NCBI GenBank assembly: GCA_038496445.1
Contig: JALMLS010000552.1
Span: forward strand, 62,001-126,000
Direction of reading: 5' to 3'
Length of the DNA stretch: 64,000 nucleotides
Source: Trichosphaerium sp. ATCC 40318
Taxonomy: Eukaryota; Protista; Tubulinea
The position numbers and the translations under genes are program-made. Position 1 is the stretch's first letter; every line of letters starts with the position of its first letter. Below the pieces are notes generated by a model. It saw only the letters and a program-made list of their open reading frames with translations, did no database searches and had not been told where the DNA came from. Shown in pieces: positions 1 to 12,864 of this stretch.

Positions 1-370
1 TAGCCTTGCTCTCAGCAGAGAAGGAAAGGTATTCGGATGGGGAAGTAATAATTTCTTTGAAGTAAATCCTTCAGAACAGACTAAGAAAATTGACTCTCCT
101 GTTCTTATTGAACTAGACGATATAATAGTATCTATAGCAGCTGGTGTAAGTTATTCAATGGCATTGACTGATGAAGGTCATGTAGTTTCGTGGGGAAGAA
201 ATAATTGCGGACAATTGGGTCACTCTTTAGAAAAAAGCAAATCAGCGCCTAAGCGTGTTCCAGACTTAAAAGATATTACACAAGTTAATGGTGGAAGTCA
301 TGATTCCATTGTTTTAACTTTAGATGGAACAGTGTGGGCGATGGGAAGAGTTCCAAACGAGAAGGTATGA
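1..370 (+). CDS. RCC1-repeat protein, 3' part (begins upstream of the window)
   Basis: Reads LALSREGKVFGWGSN...IVSIAAGVSYSMALTDEGHVVSWGRNNCGQLG...ITQVNGGSHDSIVLTLDGTVWAMG, which are typical RCC1 blades. Confidence 0.85.
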   Translation, partial: SLALSREGKVFGWGSNNFFEVNPSEQTKKIDSPVLIELDDIIVSIAAGVSYSMALTDEGHVVSWGRNNCGQLGHSLEKSKSAPKRVPDLKDITQVNGGSHDSIVLTLDGTVWAMGRVPNEKV

Positions 371-505
371 CACACCTTACCGAATATGTTTTTCTGATTT
401 TTTACTTAAAAATCTCTTTTTTTTTCTATCGTAGCACCTTTCACAAACAACTAAATTTTTTTTCCTTCGCCAAAAGTTACGTCTTGCTATATTACCTTGA
501 TACAA

Positions 506-1122
506 TGGCGTTTTTTGTGAGTGTAAAAGTGTTTTTGTGTTCCATAATTAATCGACTAACTTTTTTTTTCTTCTTGTAAAAGTATGGCAAAGGACGGACT
601 AAATACTCTTTTGGTGATGATACTGTAGTACTCTTAAAATACCATTACGCTCTTACATCATCTGGAAAGGTATATGAAGTAATGACATCAAAGAGAAACC
701 TTATCAGTGGTGATTTAAAGGTAGTAGACATTTGTGGAAGCCACTTTCCTTATTTCTTGGATAACAAAGGTAATATCCATCATAAGTTTACAAGTCTTGG
801 TTTATTGGCAGATAAGCGTTCTCATGAACGTTATCCACATAAAAAACCATGTTCAACTGTCTTTGTTGTTGGTTCAAAGACGTTGGCTTTGAATATAGTT
901 ACTGGCAAAGCAAAGTGGATTTCTGGTACTGTTAAATATAATCTAATGTGATATTTTGTATACTACTTGTATATCGTTTGTTTTATAATACCTCATAACA
1001 ACACCTGTTTTGGATAGTCAGATGGTATTATTGCCCTCTTTTTTGATACTCAATGTATCTTATATTATGGCTATTGATACGGCTACAGAGCGAGAAAAAA
1101 TCAATCTCATGCTCAAAAAATA
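506..1122 (+). CDS. Degenerate RCC1-like protein, multi-exon; 3' end approximate
   Basis: ATG at 506 (MAFF), then a gtgagt..aag intron to 581, then YGKG..HYALTSSGKVYE..VVDICGSHFPYFLDNKGNI, which resemble weak RCC1 blades. Confidence 0.35.
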
Positions 1123-1910
1123 ACATTTGATTTTATTAGTCTATACATAAACGTCAATGAACTCCAATTACCTCAAAAAGAGAACCCAGCTAGTGCTGGG
1201 CGTCCAAACACAGGGATCGAACCTGCTTGACAGCATGAACATTTGACAGGACGGCAGCGCTTATGCCAAAGGCATTACGTTCCTCTGCTACCAACAATAT
1301 GAGGTACTGACCCTCACGCCCTTCCATTAATTCAGCTATAGCTGTAATCAGCAACATACATACTGACCCGCTACACCCCTTCACATAGGTTAAATTTACA
1401 ATTGTACAAGTGTTAATAGTAAGGAAGGGCCGACCGCCTAACCTCACTTTGGTAAAAACCAATTTTGATGAAAGTCTCTTTGATATCTATCTTAACCAAT
1501 AAAGCCATTTGAGAAAGACTGTAAAATCCTTCACCATGACGAGCTCGGTTGTAGAGTTTCCAACACCATTTAATGAGAATGCCCAGAACCACAAGGTTCC
1601 TTTCAGTAAGCACAATGGCATTGTGTAGAGTGTGTGAGCTATAAGAAAAAGTATAGCCAAGGGAACAAAAAATAACATGACAGTAAGGAGTAGCTTCATT
1701 CATTAAACGTCATAAATACCCATATTGTGCTGAACAACAACATGTAGAAAACATAAGAACGCTTAGCAAAATTGTTACTTTTTGTGACGTGATAGCAGAC
1801 ATATTAGGCTTTATTAGGTCAATCTACATGAACAATTTTTACTTCTCTCCCAAGAATACAGTCATTTAGTTTTTATTGGAAAAGGACCTCGTATCTAGCT
1901 TTTGATGTAG

Positions 1911-3148
1911 CTATACAGCCACACCTTGTTTGGTAACTGAACTGCCCTTGACACAAAGTTTTTTAGCACCTACTAGCACTTTAATACCTTCATCTGTAAT
2001 ACCTTTACAATAGGTCAGGTTAATAGAATAAACGCCAACCAAAGCTTTAATGCCTTCATCTGTAATACCTTCACATCCACTAAGATTGATTGTATGAACA
2101 CCTGCAAGTCCTTTGACCCCTTCATCAGTTACATTACTACGACTAATATCAATTGTATGAACTCCTTTCAATGCTTTAATACCTTCATCAGTCACACCAT
2201 CACAACGTAAAATACTTATTGTATGTACTCCTGCCAATGCCTTTATGCCTTCATCTGTTAACTCTTTACAATCTTCAAGAGATACAGTATGAACGCCTTT
2301 AAGTGATTTAATGCCTTTATCTGTAACTGAGCAATTTTTAAGCGCTAAAGTATGAACACCAGCAAGTCCATTGATATCTGTTACTTTGAAGCACTGAGTA
2401 ATATTAATAGTGTGGACGCCTTTCAGAGCATTGATGCCTTCATTGGTGATACCTATGACACGACAAAAGCGAACAGTGTGAACACCTGCTAGTGCTTTAA
2501 TACCTTCATCTGTAATAGCATATAAATTGCCAAAGTCAATAGTATGAACACCTTTCAGTGCTTTAATACTTTCATCTGTAATCTCTAACTCAGAAAGTCT
2601 AACAGAATGTACTCCTTTGAGTATCTTAATACTTCTATCTGTAACACATCTACACCAAGTATACTAATAGTGTGAACATCCTTAAGAAACTCAATGCCTC
2701 TATCAGTGATATTCTGGCATCTATTTATAGAAATAGTATGAACATCCCGAACTGCTTTAATGCCTTTATCTGTAATATACTTAGAATCTGAAAGATGTAA
2801 GGTCTTGACTCCAGCAATGGCCTCCAAATCTCGATCTTTTACAATAACTTCATTATCCAATACTCTTATATGTTTACAACCAGATAGCAATGAAACTACT
2901 GTAGTACCCAAATACCGAGGTAAAGAAATCACAGAATTGTCCATGACACCTTTGTACTTTAATATCTTTAAGATATCTGGTAAGTACTTAATCTTAACTT
3001 GTGTGTATCCAACAATATCGTGAATAATATCAGACAGTAAATGACATGTCTGAGCAATAGAAAATCGTATCTTTGATCCAGTTGTATGCTCTATTATCGT
3101 TGCAAGTATCTCTATTGGAAAATCGAAGATATTTTTTTGCTCTTGCAT
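1911..3148 (-). CDS. Intronless F-box-like + LRR protein with a 1-nt frameshift at ~2655 (pseudogene or assembly error)
   Basis: N-terminus IFDFPIEILATII is F-box-like, followed by more than 10 tandem ITDEGIKALxGVHTI repeats. Adding one G at the GG at 2655-2656 joins ORF 2585..3172 to the downstream repeats. Confidence 0.8.
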
Positions 3149-3210
3149 CACCAGATGGCTGTTTTGGTTCAAAGTGAGCGAAAGGTGATAGAATTTGAAG
3201 TCAAAGAACG

Positions 3211-3451
3211 GGGGCCATAGTTATTTCCGAATTTTCCGAAAACAAAAATTCGAAAAAATAGAATTCGTAGAAAGATGCATAGCTAGGGCAGTCCACTAAA
3301 CTAGAAAGCGCCTGGTTCACTTACGGTCGGGTCCTCGCTGTGCTCGGAACTAGAACCCGACCTTCGCTCACATATAGGCATCCGGTTTTTATATCGAATT
3401 CTATTTTTTTGAATTTTTTCTTTCGAAAAATTCGGAAAAAACGAGGGTCCG
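3211..3451. mobile_element. Mutator-type MITE (241 bp)
   Basis: 9-bp direct repeat CAAAGAACG at 3202-3210 and 3452-3460, with ~57-bp imperfect terminal inverted repeats starting GGGGCC. The left half recurs at 28772-28902. Confidence 0.85.
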
Positions 3452-3729
3452 CAAAGAACGTACGTTGTATTTTGACTGCGTATTGGCTTAGTTATACTCT
3501 CAAACTCGTTCAAGTCCTGATTATTTGTGTTTGTTGTTGTTTTAGCGTGTTTTAACAGAGGTTGGTTGAGTTGATGTGCAAGACTTGCGTTTGAGGCTTC
3601 TACAATGTCTTCAATACGTTTTAAGAAGGTTTTATAGTTCCTCCGCTGTTTAATGTCTGTTAACGTTTCATTATGCTTCTCACAATAGTATTCAAGTGCT
3701 TGGTCGACAGTTACGCCTAAGAAATTCAT
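3301..3729 (-). CDS. Hypothetical protein; last ~50 codons come from the MITE
   Basis: 142-aa ATG ORF. Removing the MITE and one TSD copy gives ...TTYVL-TGA, so the insertion destroyed the original stop codon. Confidence 0.3.
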   Translation of the reverse strand: MNFLGVTVDQALEYYCEKHNETLTDIKQRRNYKTFLKRIEDIVEASNASLAHQLNQPLLKHAKTTTNTNNQDLNEFESITKPIRSQNTTYVLCGPSFFPNFSKEKIQKNRIRYKNRMPICERRSGSSSEHSEDPTVSEPGAF

Positions 3730-4868
3730 TTTCTGTTGCCTCTCTAGATTTTACAGTCTTTCATTAGATACGCGCAGATAGTCAAAATCGTTCACGGTAT
3801 TTTCCAAACACAAAGTTTCCTTGTACTCCACTGCTCTCTAAGTGCCTATATCGCTATGTGCAGAAGTTTTGTAGCTCCTGAGGGTAAAATTATCTCTGTA
3901 CGTGCGTCTTATTGGCCCCACTGGGAAAAAAGTGCATGTGTATGGTCGTAATGGCTCCAAACAATTGCCAGTACGCTGTAAACATCCAAAAAAACTATCT
4001 CTGGAAATTTTGAAGGAGTCTGTACGTAGGGAAACAAAATAGTTCTATTTATTCTGTTTGTGCAAACTGAATTAGTTGTTTGTACGTCAAGATCACTTTG
4101 TGCATACTAAAAATGTTGTATGAGCTCACGTACACGGCAAACGCCATAGTAACTTTTATATTGGTAAAAGCGTTTTTTTGAGCTATTATTTTCGGTCATT
4201 TCGCGTAATCAAAACTATTTGGTGACGTTTCTTATGCGTAAGTAATGTGGTTGGGAGGAACTTTGCTTGTTTAATAGTGTAAACTCTACCTTTTGTACTG
4301 ACACACTCCAATTACATGTACATTAGCTAATAGAATGGTTTTAAGGAATTACAGGGCATTTGTTGTACGAGAGTACGAGACTTTTGGTTTTCACGTAACT
4401 GGTAACAAATACCTAAATCAGGCACAAGTCACTTTTACTCCCCAAAATTGTACAATCACAAGGTACATGTTATAAATAACATTAGTAACGATTCTTTGTG
4501 CCATGTACAATTAAAAACCCAAACTAGAAACAAAAGGACGTGTATTAAGCATTTTTAGATGCGTTTAGGGCAGTAGGGATGCGCAAATAGTGTTTCTTTT
4601 ATCGTTGAACTGATCTTTGTTTATCGCTGTGTGCTGGGCGGAAAACGTACAGTGACAACGTAACTTGGGATGTAAAACATATGTAGTGTATGCAGGGTTC
4701 ACAAAACAAGGAGCTTTGTGTGTACGAGCGTTGGACTTTGGGTGGATATTGCAAAAAGAATTTGCCTATCCGCCAGAATCTAGTCTTTCATAAAAAGGTG
4801 TTCAAGTCAGCGTCACTTAAGAAGGTATTCGGTTTGGTCTTTATTCTGCGAAGTAGTGTTGATGATTT

Positions 4869-6999
4869 TTATTTTTTACGCTTGTACTTCACAGCTACAT
4901 TTGTTCTTTTAAGCCGTAATTTATCTAGAGCCTATTTTTGAAAAGACAAAAAGTTTAGAAGAAAGGAACATTCAATAACTAAAAACAAAGAAAAAAAAAA
5001 GAAAGTATCATTGACGCTCACCTCAATGTCAATAGAAATACATTGAGATAAATTAACTGTTCTTAATAGAGGTAAAGCATCCATGATCTTCTCCGGAACG
5101 GCTTTTGTAAGCTTACCCATGCAGCTTAGGTTTAAGAACAAAAGACCTTTGCAATTATGAATAATCTAGGCGAAACAAACCAATCAGTTTCATAATACAG
5201 TCAAAGTGAGGCTAACATACCTTGCATATAGCAATATCCTCGCACTGAGTAACAGCTGAAAGCTCTATATCTTGTAGAGTAGTACATTTTGAGATATGTA
5301 TCAAGCCAACAGCTGTAAATAAAGTTATAAAAAAGTCCAAGTTAGAATCACTGCCTTAAATACACGCACAGGTCATTTTCATACATCCATTAAGTGCCAA
5401 CCTCTTTAACTGTCTACAATGATTTCCAATTGCCTACATTGGGAGCAAACTCGGTTAATACAAGAGTTTTGGATACAATTAAATACAGCAGCAAGGTTGT
5501 ACCTCAACAAGTTGATTTTCAAGTAAGCTACAATGACTTAAATTCAATATTGTCAAACCACTTCCTATTGCTTCAATAACAGGTGTAAAATGACTAGTAC
5601 GTATACAGAAACCTATAAATATTGTGAACAATGAAGTCCATAGTCTATGAGTTACAGAGGAGTGAACGTACTGTTGGAAAAGTCAAGGATTTGCAACTTT
5701 GTCATGACGTGCATATGGCGGAAAAGTAGTCTTTGAGCGTTTTTGGTCGCTTTAAAGCTAAGATCGAGAGTGTCCAAAGCTATGCAAGTAATGTTAGCTT
5801 TGAAACAATTGTGCAAAAGCAGTGTTACATCAAAAAATACTTCGTAAAATCAACACCAATATTGAGAAAATACACAAAAGCTAAACAAAACATAACGAAC
5901 CTGTGCAGTTCTCGAACAAAAAATCTAATATAAAATCTAATGATATTGGAACAAGTTAGTATAAAACCATCCTTATTTAATACTCAGGCATCTTAACACT
6001 AACCTGAGGTGATTTGTGTGCCAAGTGACAACTTTCTCATTTTCGGTCTAAAAATACTAGTCATACTACTGCACGTGTTTTTTGAATCTTGCTGTACCCA
6101 ATGGCCTTAAGAGTGTCTGATGATGCCATAATGATATCCATATCGTCTTCTGTCTCTCCAATACGTGTCATATCTATCCCTGTCACTTCTGTACCTTCAA
6201 GCAAAGGTTGAAAACTCTATCACAACAAAATGAAATAAGCGTTTTAGTCAGAGAACTCAACTCTTTTTCTTCTGCTTTTTGTACCCTCAGTGTCGTTTTA
6301 ATACATCCTCTTACATTTATATAAGAAAGCTTACGACAGTACTTGCTTATTACAGCAAGTGATTTATCTGTGAGGAGTGAACAGCCGCCCAAAATAAACG
6401 ACTTCACATTTGGACTTGATTTTGCAAGAGAAATCATGCCAATGTCAGATACTTTCCTAGGCTGATAGTCACGTGACTTTAATTTCAAAAAGTAGCTCGA
6501 GAAATGTACCTGCACTTGTGTAAACAAACAAACCGTAGTGTAGGTCCATGTGTCTCTCCAAGAAAAGCTAAACTTTCGTCCGTAAAATCGCAACCAGCCA
6601 AATTGATCTTGATGTAAATCTAAGTCAGTATCTTTCGTAAACCATTTTTAATTAATTATTCCATACGCTAGTGAGTCTATTGACGCGTGGTAGAAGCATT
6701 TGAAGGGTTTTTGGCGTTATCTGAATACCCAACAGTTAGAACTTATAAGATTACGCTAAAATCAACGCCTTTGAATGTTTTTGTACCTTACGTCGATGAG
6801 GAAAGAGGTCTAGCGTTGTTTTTGATTTAAATACTGTATACATCGCAGTACGCCACCGAGAGCACGTAATGGCGCATGAACCGTAGTCGTAGTTAGATAA
6901 ATACTGAAATATCTCTGAGAAAACGTCCGTAGGCAGCTACAATACGTTAAAATAGTGCTTCAGGAATAGTCATTGATTCTACAGTACATTCGTTGCCAT
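4869..6999 (-). CDS. Multi-exon RNI-like (FBXL/AMN1-type) leucine-rich repeat protein; 5' boundary approximate
   Basis: Exons read SDIGMISLAKSSPNVKSFILGGCSLLTDKSLAVISKYCRKLSYINVRGC and LFLNLSCMGKLT...LRTVNLSQC, separated by GT-AG introns. Confidence 0.7.
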
Positions 7000-7471
7000 A
7001 GCTGCTCCTCGCCGTACAAACTTAAGCAAGTTTCAAAGGAAATGCGAAATTTCGTATTTTTCAAACACATCTAATGACAGTGTACAGTACGGGTTCCTCG
7101 AGGAATTTTTTTTTAACCGTGCATTAAACAAAACATGGTACCTCTTTTTTTACATGAGAATTATAATTTTAGCGAAACTTAATGCACTTGGAGTGTGGAT
7201 AATTGGTACTCCAACAAGTTTCATAATTGGTTGTGACAAAGTTGTCAGCCACTCCTATTTAATAGGACTTGCCTGATGACAACACACTCTGTTCACACTT
7301 CCTTCGATGATGACTGACATGTAGAACGCAGTTCTGTAATCATTGAATACTGAATAAAGCAGAATCATTCAAATTTCAACGTTAACGCAACAGCTGTATC
7401 TTGAGACCTGTGTTGACTCTTTGTTTGTCTTGTAAATCATTGCTGGCTAATACACTCCCAACTTCATACAT

Positions 7472-8363
7472 ATGTCTATACGTGGTATAAAAGTAATCAA
7501 GAGCGTCCTTAAAACACTGTCGTTAAGGATAAATTCAACCCAAACAAAGAAGTGTACATCAAGCTACGCTAAAAACAACAAATCAAGAGCTCCGTGTGCC
7601 GTCAACAAAAAGTCTAAAAAAAGAACGAAAAACCAGAAATGTAAATGTCATTACTCAAGCTTCGCTAACAGTGGTCCAACAAATACTCCTACTATAAATA
7701 ATGAAAACTCCGTAAAAGAAAATTACGAATGTAAATGTTACGCTCAGCATTCGCTTCATAGTTCACATGACAAGTCAAGAAAAAGTCATATGACTGATAA
7801 GTCACTTAAAAACAATCATAACTTAATAATCAAAAGCAGTAGTAACCAAATACCAAGTGCACGTGATTTCAAAACAATTGAAGAATATATAAAGGCTTTA
7901 GATGAACGTCTAAACTTACCTCAAGGAGAAAAGAACTGTAATGTATGGGCAACAGGAATGATAAACCTGATTGCTTCCGGAAACGGAGAAAAACTTACCT
8001 CACCTACAACACGTGCGTTTACTTTACACCAACACTTTGTGATATTTTGCTAATAATCGTGTAGCTGTTACTGTGACCATTGATTCTACTATGTACGATA
8101 TTCAAGTTGTTATTGTTAGCAACAGTCTTGTGGCGAACACTAAAACGCTTTCAGAGTATGCAATCAATCATTGGTTCCTACATATACGCTTTAATGGAAA
8201 GACAATTGTTGCATGCGGTTCTTACAAACAATTTTGTTTAAATTATACACTTGAATGGCCTGAATGGCCACGTGTTGTAGTGTTTATGCTTAAAGACAAG
8301 CCAAGTGAAATCAAGTTCGATCATAATCTTCTGTTTAAGACATACGAAATTACTCCAAACTAA
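7472..8363 (+). CDS. Two-exon hypothetical protein, possible transglutaminase/papain-like Cys-His domain
   Basis: Intron ~8013-8065 (gtgcgt...ctaat..gtag) joins the two ORFs in frame. Motifs are NCNVWA and NHWFLHI..IVACGSYKQF. Confidence 0.55.
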
Positions 8364-8655
8364 GTCGAAAGAAAAAGAAAAGATGGAACACTAGTCAACA
8401 AACCGATAGCGACAGCCCTATCGAATAACAATATACACAAAGGAGGATACGCTACACACAAAGGGAGCCAAGGAGTAATTTAAGGCAATCATTGCTAGCT
8501 GCTCAAATATTCGGAGAACAATGACACTTTCAAAATATGATAGTGTATGTTTATTTTTCGTTTGCAGCTGTAGTAATAAAATGACGTTGAATAGAAACTG
8601 GCATTACTAAATGGGTATTTAATAATAGCCCCGTGTACATAGGTACAGCTTGTCG

Positions 8656-10385
8656 CTAATGATCCATCTGACATGCAAAGAAATCTCTATATGGTTTACC
8701 ATTGACATAGTTGCAATGCTCATTTCGTGGTATTTATCTAGTTAATCATTCATTAGCCTGTTGGCGTAGGTTACATTGACCATTTCGTTTTGAAGTCATA
8801 CTTCGAGCGAAAGAGTTTGTAGCGATTACTTTCGCATTTAGTCAAACACATTCAATTCCTGAGTAACTTAACCAATTGCTTCTAAAAGTAGCCACAAAAT
8901 CCATCGATTGCGTAAATACACATCAAAGTAGTGGATTGGGTACTGGGTACAGCTTACAAAAACTCTTTAGCTAAAAAGAAGCGGTCACGTTTGTACAAAG
9001 AGTGTATGGGTTTTTTTATTGTTTCTTTTTTTTCCGCTTTCGTTTATTCTTCGGAAGACACGGTGTCAATCCAGTTTTCTCTTTTATATGAAGAATTGGT
9101 GTGCTTTCCCATCTATCTTCGTAATACACAATATCACATACATCATCATCTTCCTCACAAGCACAAACAGCTTTAGTATTACACTTTACCGCTAAACAAA
9201 GACATGAGCAAAAAAAGTACCAAAGACTTGTCATAACACTTCAAGAGTAGATTGTGACAATAAACTTGACTTCCAATCTTGAAGAATGTTTCAACAGTCA
9301 AAAAAAAATGCAACCACGTGATTTTCACGTGCAAAATTATCAAGTTTTTTTTAAGATTGCTGGGTATTGTACATTGTACTCCATGTTGTAAGCTGTTGTC
9401 AAAAGAAGTTTTTCCTTTAGGATGATGGAAAAGCCTAAACACCCATTGACAAGTTTTGAACTTCCGTCCCAATAGTTGGTCACATTGTAATTTCTTTTCT
9501 TTCTTGAGAAGTGCAATATAAGGTTCAAGCCTTGATCTAACTAATAGTACTCCTGAAAATCCAGGTCCAAATACGAGAGAATAACAATGTATTAGTCCTT
9601 CATCTATATGATAATCTGGAAGAACTTGAGATCCCTCACAAACGGCATTGTCATCTTCTGTTATTAAAATCTTCGCGTTTTGAGCCTCATGTAGGAATAA
9701 ATACTCAAGTGCAAATGCCACTACTATGTTCTGAGAACGGTGTGATCCATATAGAGGCGTTTCCTACTAAAGAATCAGATAGTGAAACAAACATTGACTA
9801 AATAAAACAAACAAAAAAAAGACTTGACAATTTCTCTGAACACGTGTAGTAGGAGATAACAAAGCGAACCTTATCAAGTTGTTCGTGTATACTTTTTTCT
9901 AAATAGGGTAGCAGCTGTCAAAATCACGTGTTTGTTACAATCTCCGTACCGTTTCATGTAAGGTTTCGTTATCTTTTTCTATTGTTGCTGAGGTATTAAC
10001 TGCTTTAACGATATAACAAACAGGAAACAAGCACTTTAATTTTGGCTCTCGTTTATAGTTTGTAAGAATAAGCTGAACGACATCTTTTCTGTTTCTTAGC
10101 GCGTCTAGTAACGTCACAGGCTCTTTTACTTCTTGTTCTTTCGCAACTTCTTCAATAACATCTACACGTTTGTCTGTTGCGACAACAGGCTTTTCTGTAC
10201 CTACTTTAATCAATATCACGTGATAAATTTGCAGCTGTACTTTTTTCATCACTGTTCGTAGGTTTAACGTCTTGGCTTGGCGCCACTACTGTTTTTCTGC
10301 TCATTCTAGCCACATATCCCAAGTTTAAGATAGTTATCAGCGCTACAATAACAATAAAGAACACTAGCTGCTTACGCCGGAACAT
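8656..10385 (-). CDS. Type II membrane GT-A glycosyltransferase (GT13/GnT-I-like), multi-exon
   Basis: Short basic N-terminus, a TM segment (MFRRKQLVFFIVIVALITIL) and a stem, then LILTNYKR and FALEYLF...ILITEDD (DxD-type motif). Confidence 0.6.
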
Positions 10386-10991
10386 TGTAATGCAAAAATT
10401 CAAAGCCTATCAATCACTTAATAATGGCGGATACTAAGATCATCAAATTATATATTCTGATGTCACGCTCCAATGTGGAAGCCTAGATCTTTTATACATT
10501 GCAATTACATCAATGGTAAACTAGATGGAGAGTAGAAAGGGTGAAACAGAAATGGGCAGTTGTATGTGTACACATGTTGCAACTTCATCAACGGAGGAAG
10601 GACACTTGTAGTTTTATTTGAAATGCAATGCCTAACACATATTTACCTTTGTACTTTGGCTAGAAAATAATTACGAAAAAAAAATTCTACTTCAACAAGA
10701 AAACGGTTATTCTCCTTTTTGCTTAAAATTCCACTACTATTGCTCTAATAGCCAGAATAGCACTTTACGCGCGTATTACTAGTGTATAAACAGGCTAGTG
10801 AAAGTTAAACGTGTCCAATGACCCAGCTGTAATTAACCCAACATACATCCGCCCTACAAACATCAATATCAATATTAAAGTACGTACTGACACTAGCTTG
10901 CAAAAGGTTAGACAATCAGGAAGTGGGACAATTAAAAGTTGCGATTTCGCATAAACTATGGTACAGCTAAAAGAAGCTTTCATGCATTGCA

Positions 10992-11788
10992 ATGGCAACA
11001 ACTACGCTTTCAGGCGTAAAAAGAACGATAAACGACGTCATATACGCAACAAATACTCAAAATACCGATTTATGTACTAACACACGCCATATCATACACA
11101 ACCATGTACTTATAGCGTATTCTAGATGCAATATCACAACCACGGGCGAAAAGGCGGCATCTACAAACAACAAGACCAATAAATGCGTCAGTGACGAATA
11201 GTAGGCACCAGGTAATTAACTGACGAATTCTACTTCATTTGTACTGACATTTCACCAACAAAGAGTGAACTAATTGCAGCGTATTGCAAAACAGAAACAG
11301 AGCTACAACTAAAACATCGACAGCGTAAACGGAAGGAATACCAGAAGGCGAAAATGGATCTAAGCAATGTATTGGCTAAGTACAATGCTATGTATTCAAC
11401 TTGCTTACATAGTAGAACGACAAAGCAAGAAACTAGGATTGTTTGTACTTTTACAAAAAAAGAACTTACATCTTTTGAAGCTTTGCTTGAAAATGGCTTA
11501 AAACAACATGTGCAAAGGAAAAAGAATGATGATTCAGATGAAGAATTTATGCTTTCTGCTGGTGCAACACAAAAACTAAAACCAATCGATTCTAATAAGA
11601 GTTCATTGACTACAAATATCAATGTTGATAAAAACAAAGAACAAAATGATTTCATATCTCTTCGTAGAGACCTTGATATTGGTACTGTGCAGCTTCATAA
11701 ATCCATTCACCATAAGCACTGGGAACCATCAACAACTTGGCCAGTACCACCACTTGAATTAGACACTACCAAATCGTATTTTTTCTGA
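10992..11788 (+). CDS. Hypothetical protein; 5' structure uncertain
   Basis: Open frame from ~11240 to 11788 with charged, helical composition. No motif recognised. Confidence 0.4.
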
Positions 11789-12295
11789 AAACTAACACCA
11801 ATAAAAATGTAAAAAACACAAACCAGACTTGGAAGAACGCTTTGTTATAAACACGTGCACGAAACATGCTATTTTCGTCGACGGTTCGTTTCAATAATCT
11901 CATGTTATGGCGAACCTCTCACACAAAAATATTACTAAACTCAAGCTATAGTAGTAACTCACAATAGCGTGGTTCACCTCGATTAAAAATCACATTCAAA
12001 AAACCTCATGTTTTTTTAGGAAGGTAGCAGTTACTCGCGGCACAACTACAAGACCGCATTGCAAGCGTTTACAAATGCGATACTGCAAAGTACGAAATAC
12101 AGATCCGAAAAGGCTCCAAGTTGTTTTTATCTGTTTACTCACTCCGGAACAGTACGCTACAATGCATTGGATGGCATTTCCTTCGTGTCGCGTCAACACA
12201 AAAACCCGGTAAACAACAATAAACAGTCTCTTTATTCAGACGTGATCTGTCTACATCTATGCTTATGGGACAACTAGTACCGGGTGTTTTTTCGA

Positions 12296-12772
12296 TCAAG
12301 CAGCACTAGCACCACGTATAATCATAATAATACCCCAAATGATAGCCCATAACCACCCAATAACTAGCCAGCATGTTACCTGTAGAAAAGCGTCAATTAA
12401 CGGGTTTTGAAACAAAATTGGCACAAGTGAGTAATTAGGCGCTACGCACCAATTGAATGAGTCCAATGATAATGTGAGAGATATTTAATCCATCAATAAC
12501 ACCCCCAACAATAACACCGATGCCAGGCAAGAAAATGTTGATGATTCTACGTTACGGTAAGCAACAGGAGGCGATACAAACAGAAAGCCAAAAAAAAACG
12601 CAGCAAAAAAGATTTGGCATACCCAAGAATCAATGAGAGCATGCCCTCACAAGGCGTCTAAAGGTGATAAGAAACGGCAGAACAGTAAAAGTTTTTTTTT
12701 AGTTTTCGCTGTTGTTTTCTGTACCTTCAAGCCAGTAATGGTTTTAACAAGATCTCCAACGATGTTTGACAT
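12296..12772 (-). CDS. Spec3/Stum-family small membrane protein, multi-exon
   Basis: Exons read IINIFLPGIGVIVGG...IIIGLIQL / VTCWLVIGWLWAIIWGIIMI, matching the Spec3 signature NIxxPGxG..GxxQ..GWxWxxxWG. Confidence 0.75.
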
Positions 12773-12864
12773 TGCACGTAGTAGAATTTATGGCAAAAAG
12801 CTAAGGAACGGTAAAACAGACTTAAGCCAACACCAAGCAACGTAGACAACAGGCTAATCGCAAA

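Noticed and set aside
1195-1270. Minus-strand GCAGG-TTCGATC-CCTGT resembling a tRNA T-arm
   Set aside because: No matching acceptor stem, D-arm or anticodon arm could be folded.
1190-1703. Minus-strand ORFs with a signal-peptide-like start
   Set aside because: They are interrupted by stops, with no consistent splice model or recognisable domain.
3911-3919. attggcccc as the right end of a longer element starting at 3211
   Set aside because: The 9-bp TSD and long TIR define the right end at 3451.
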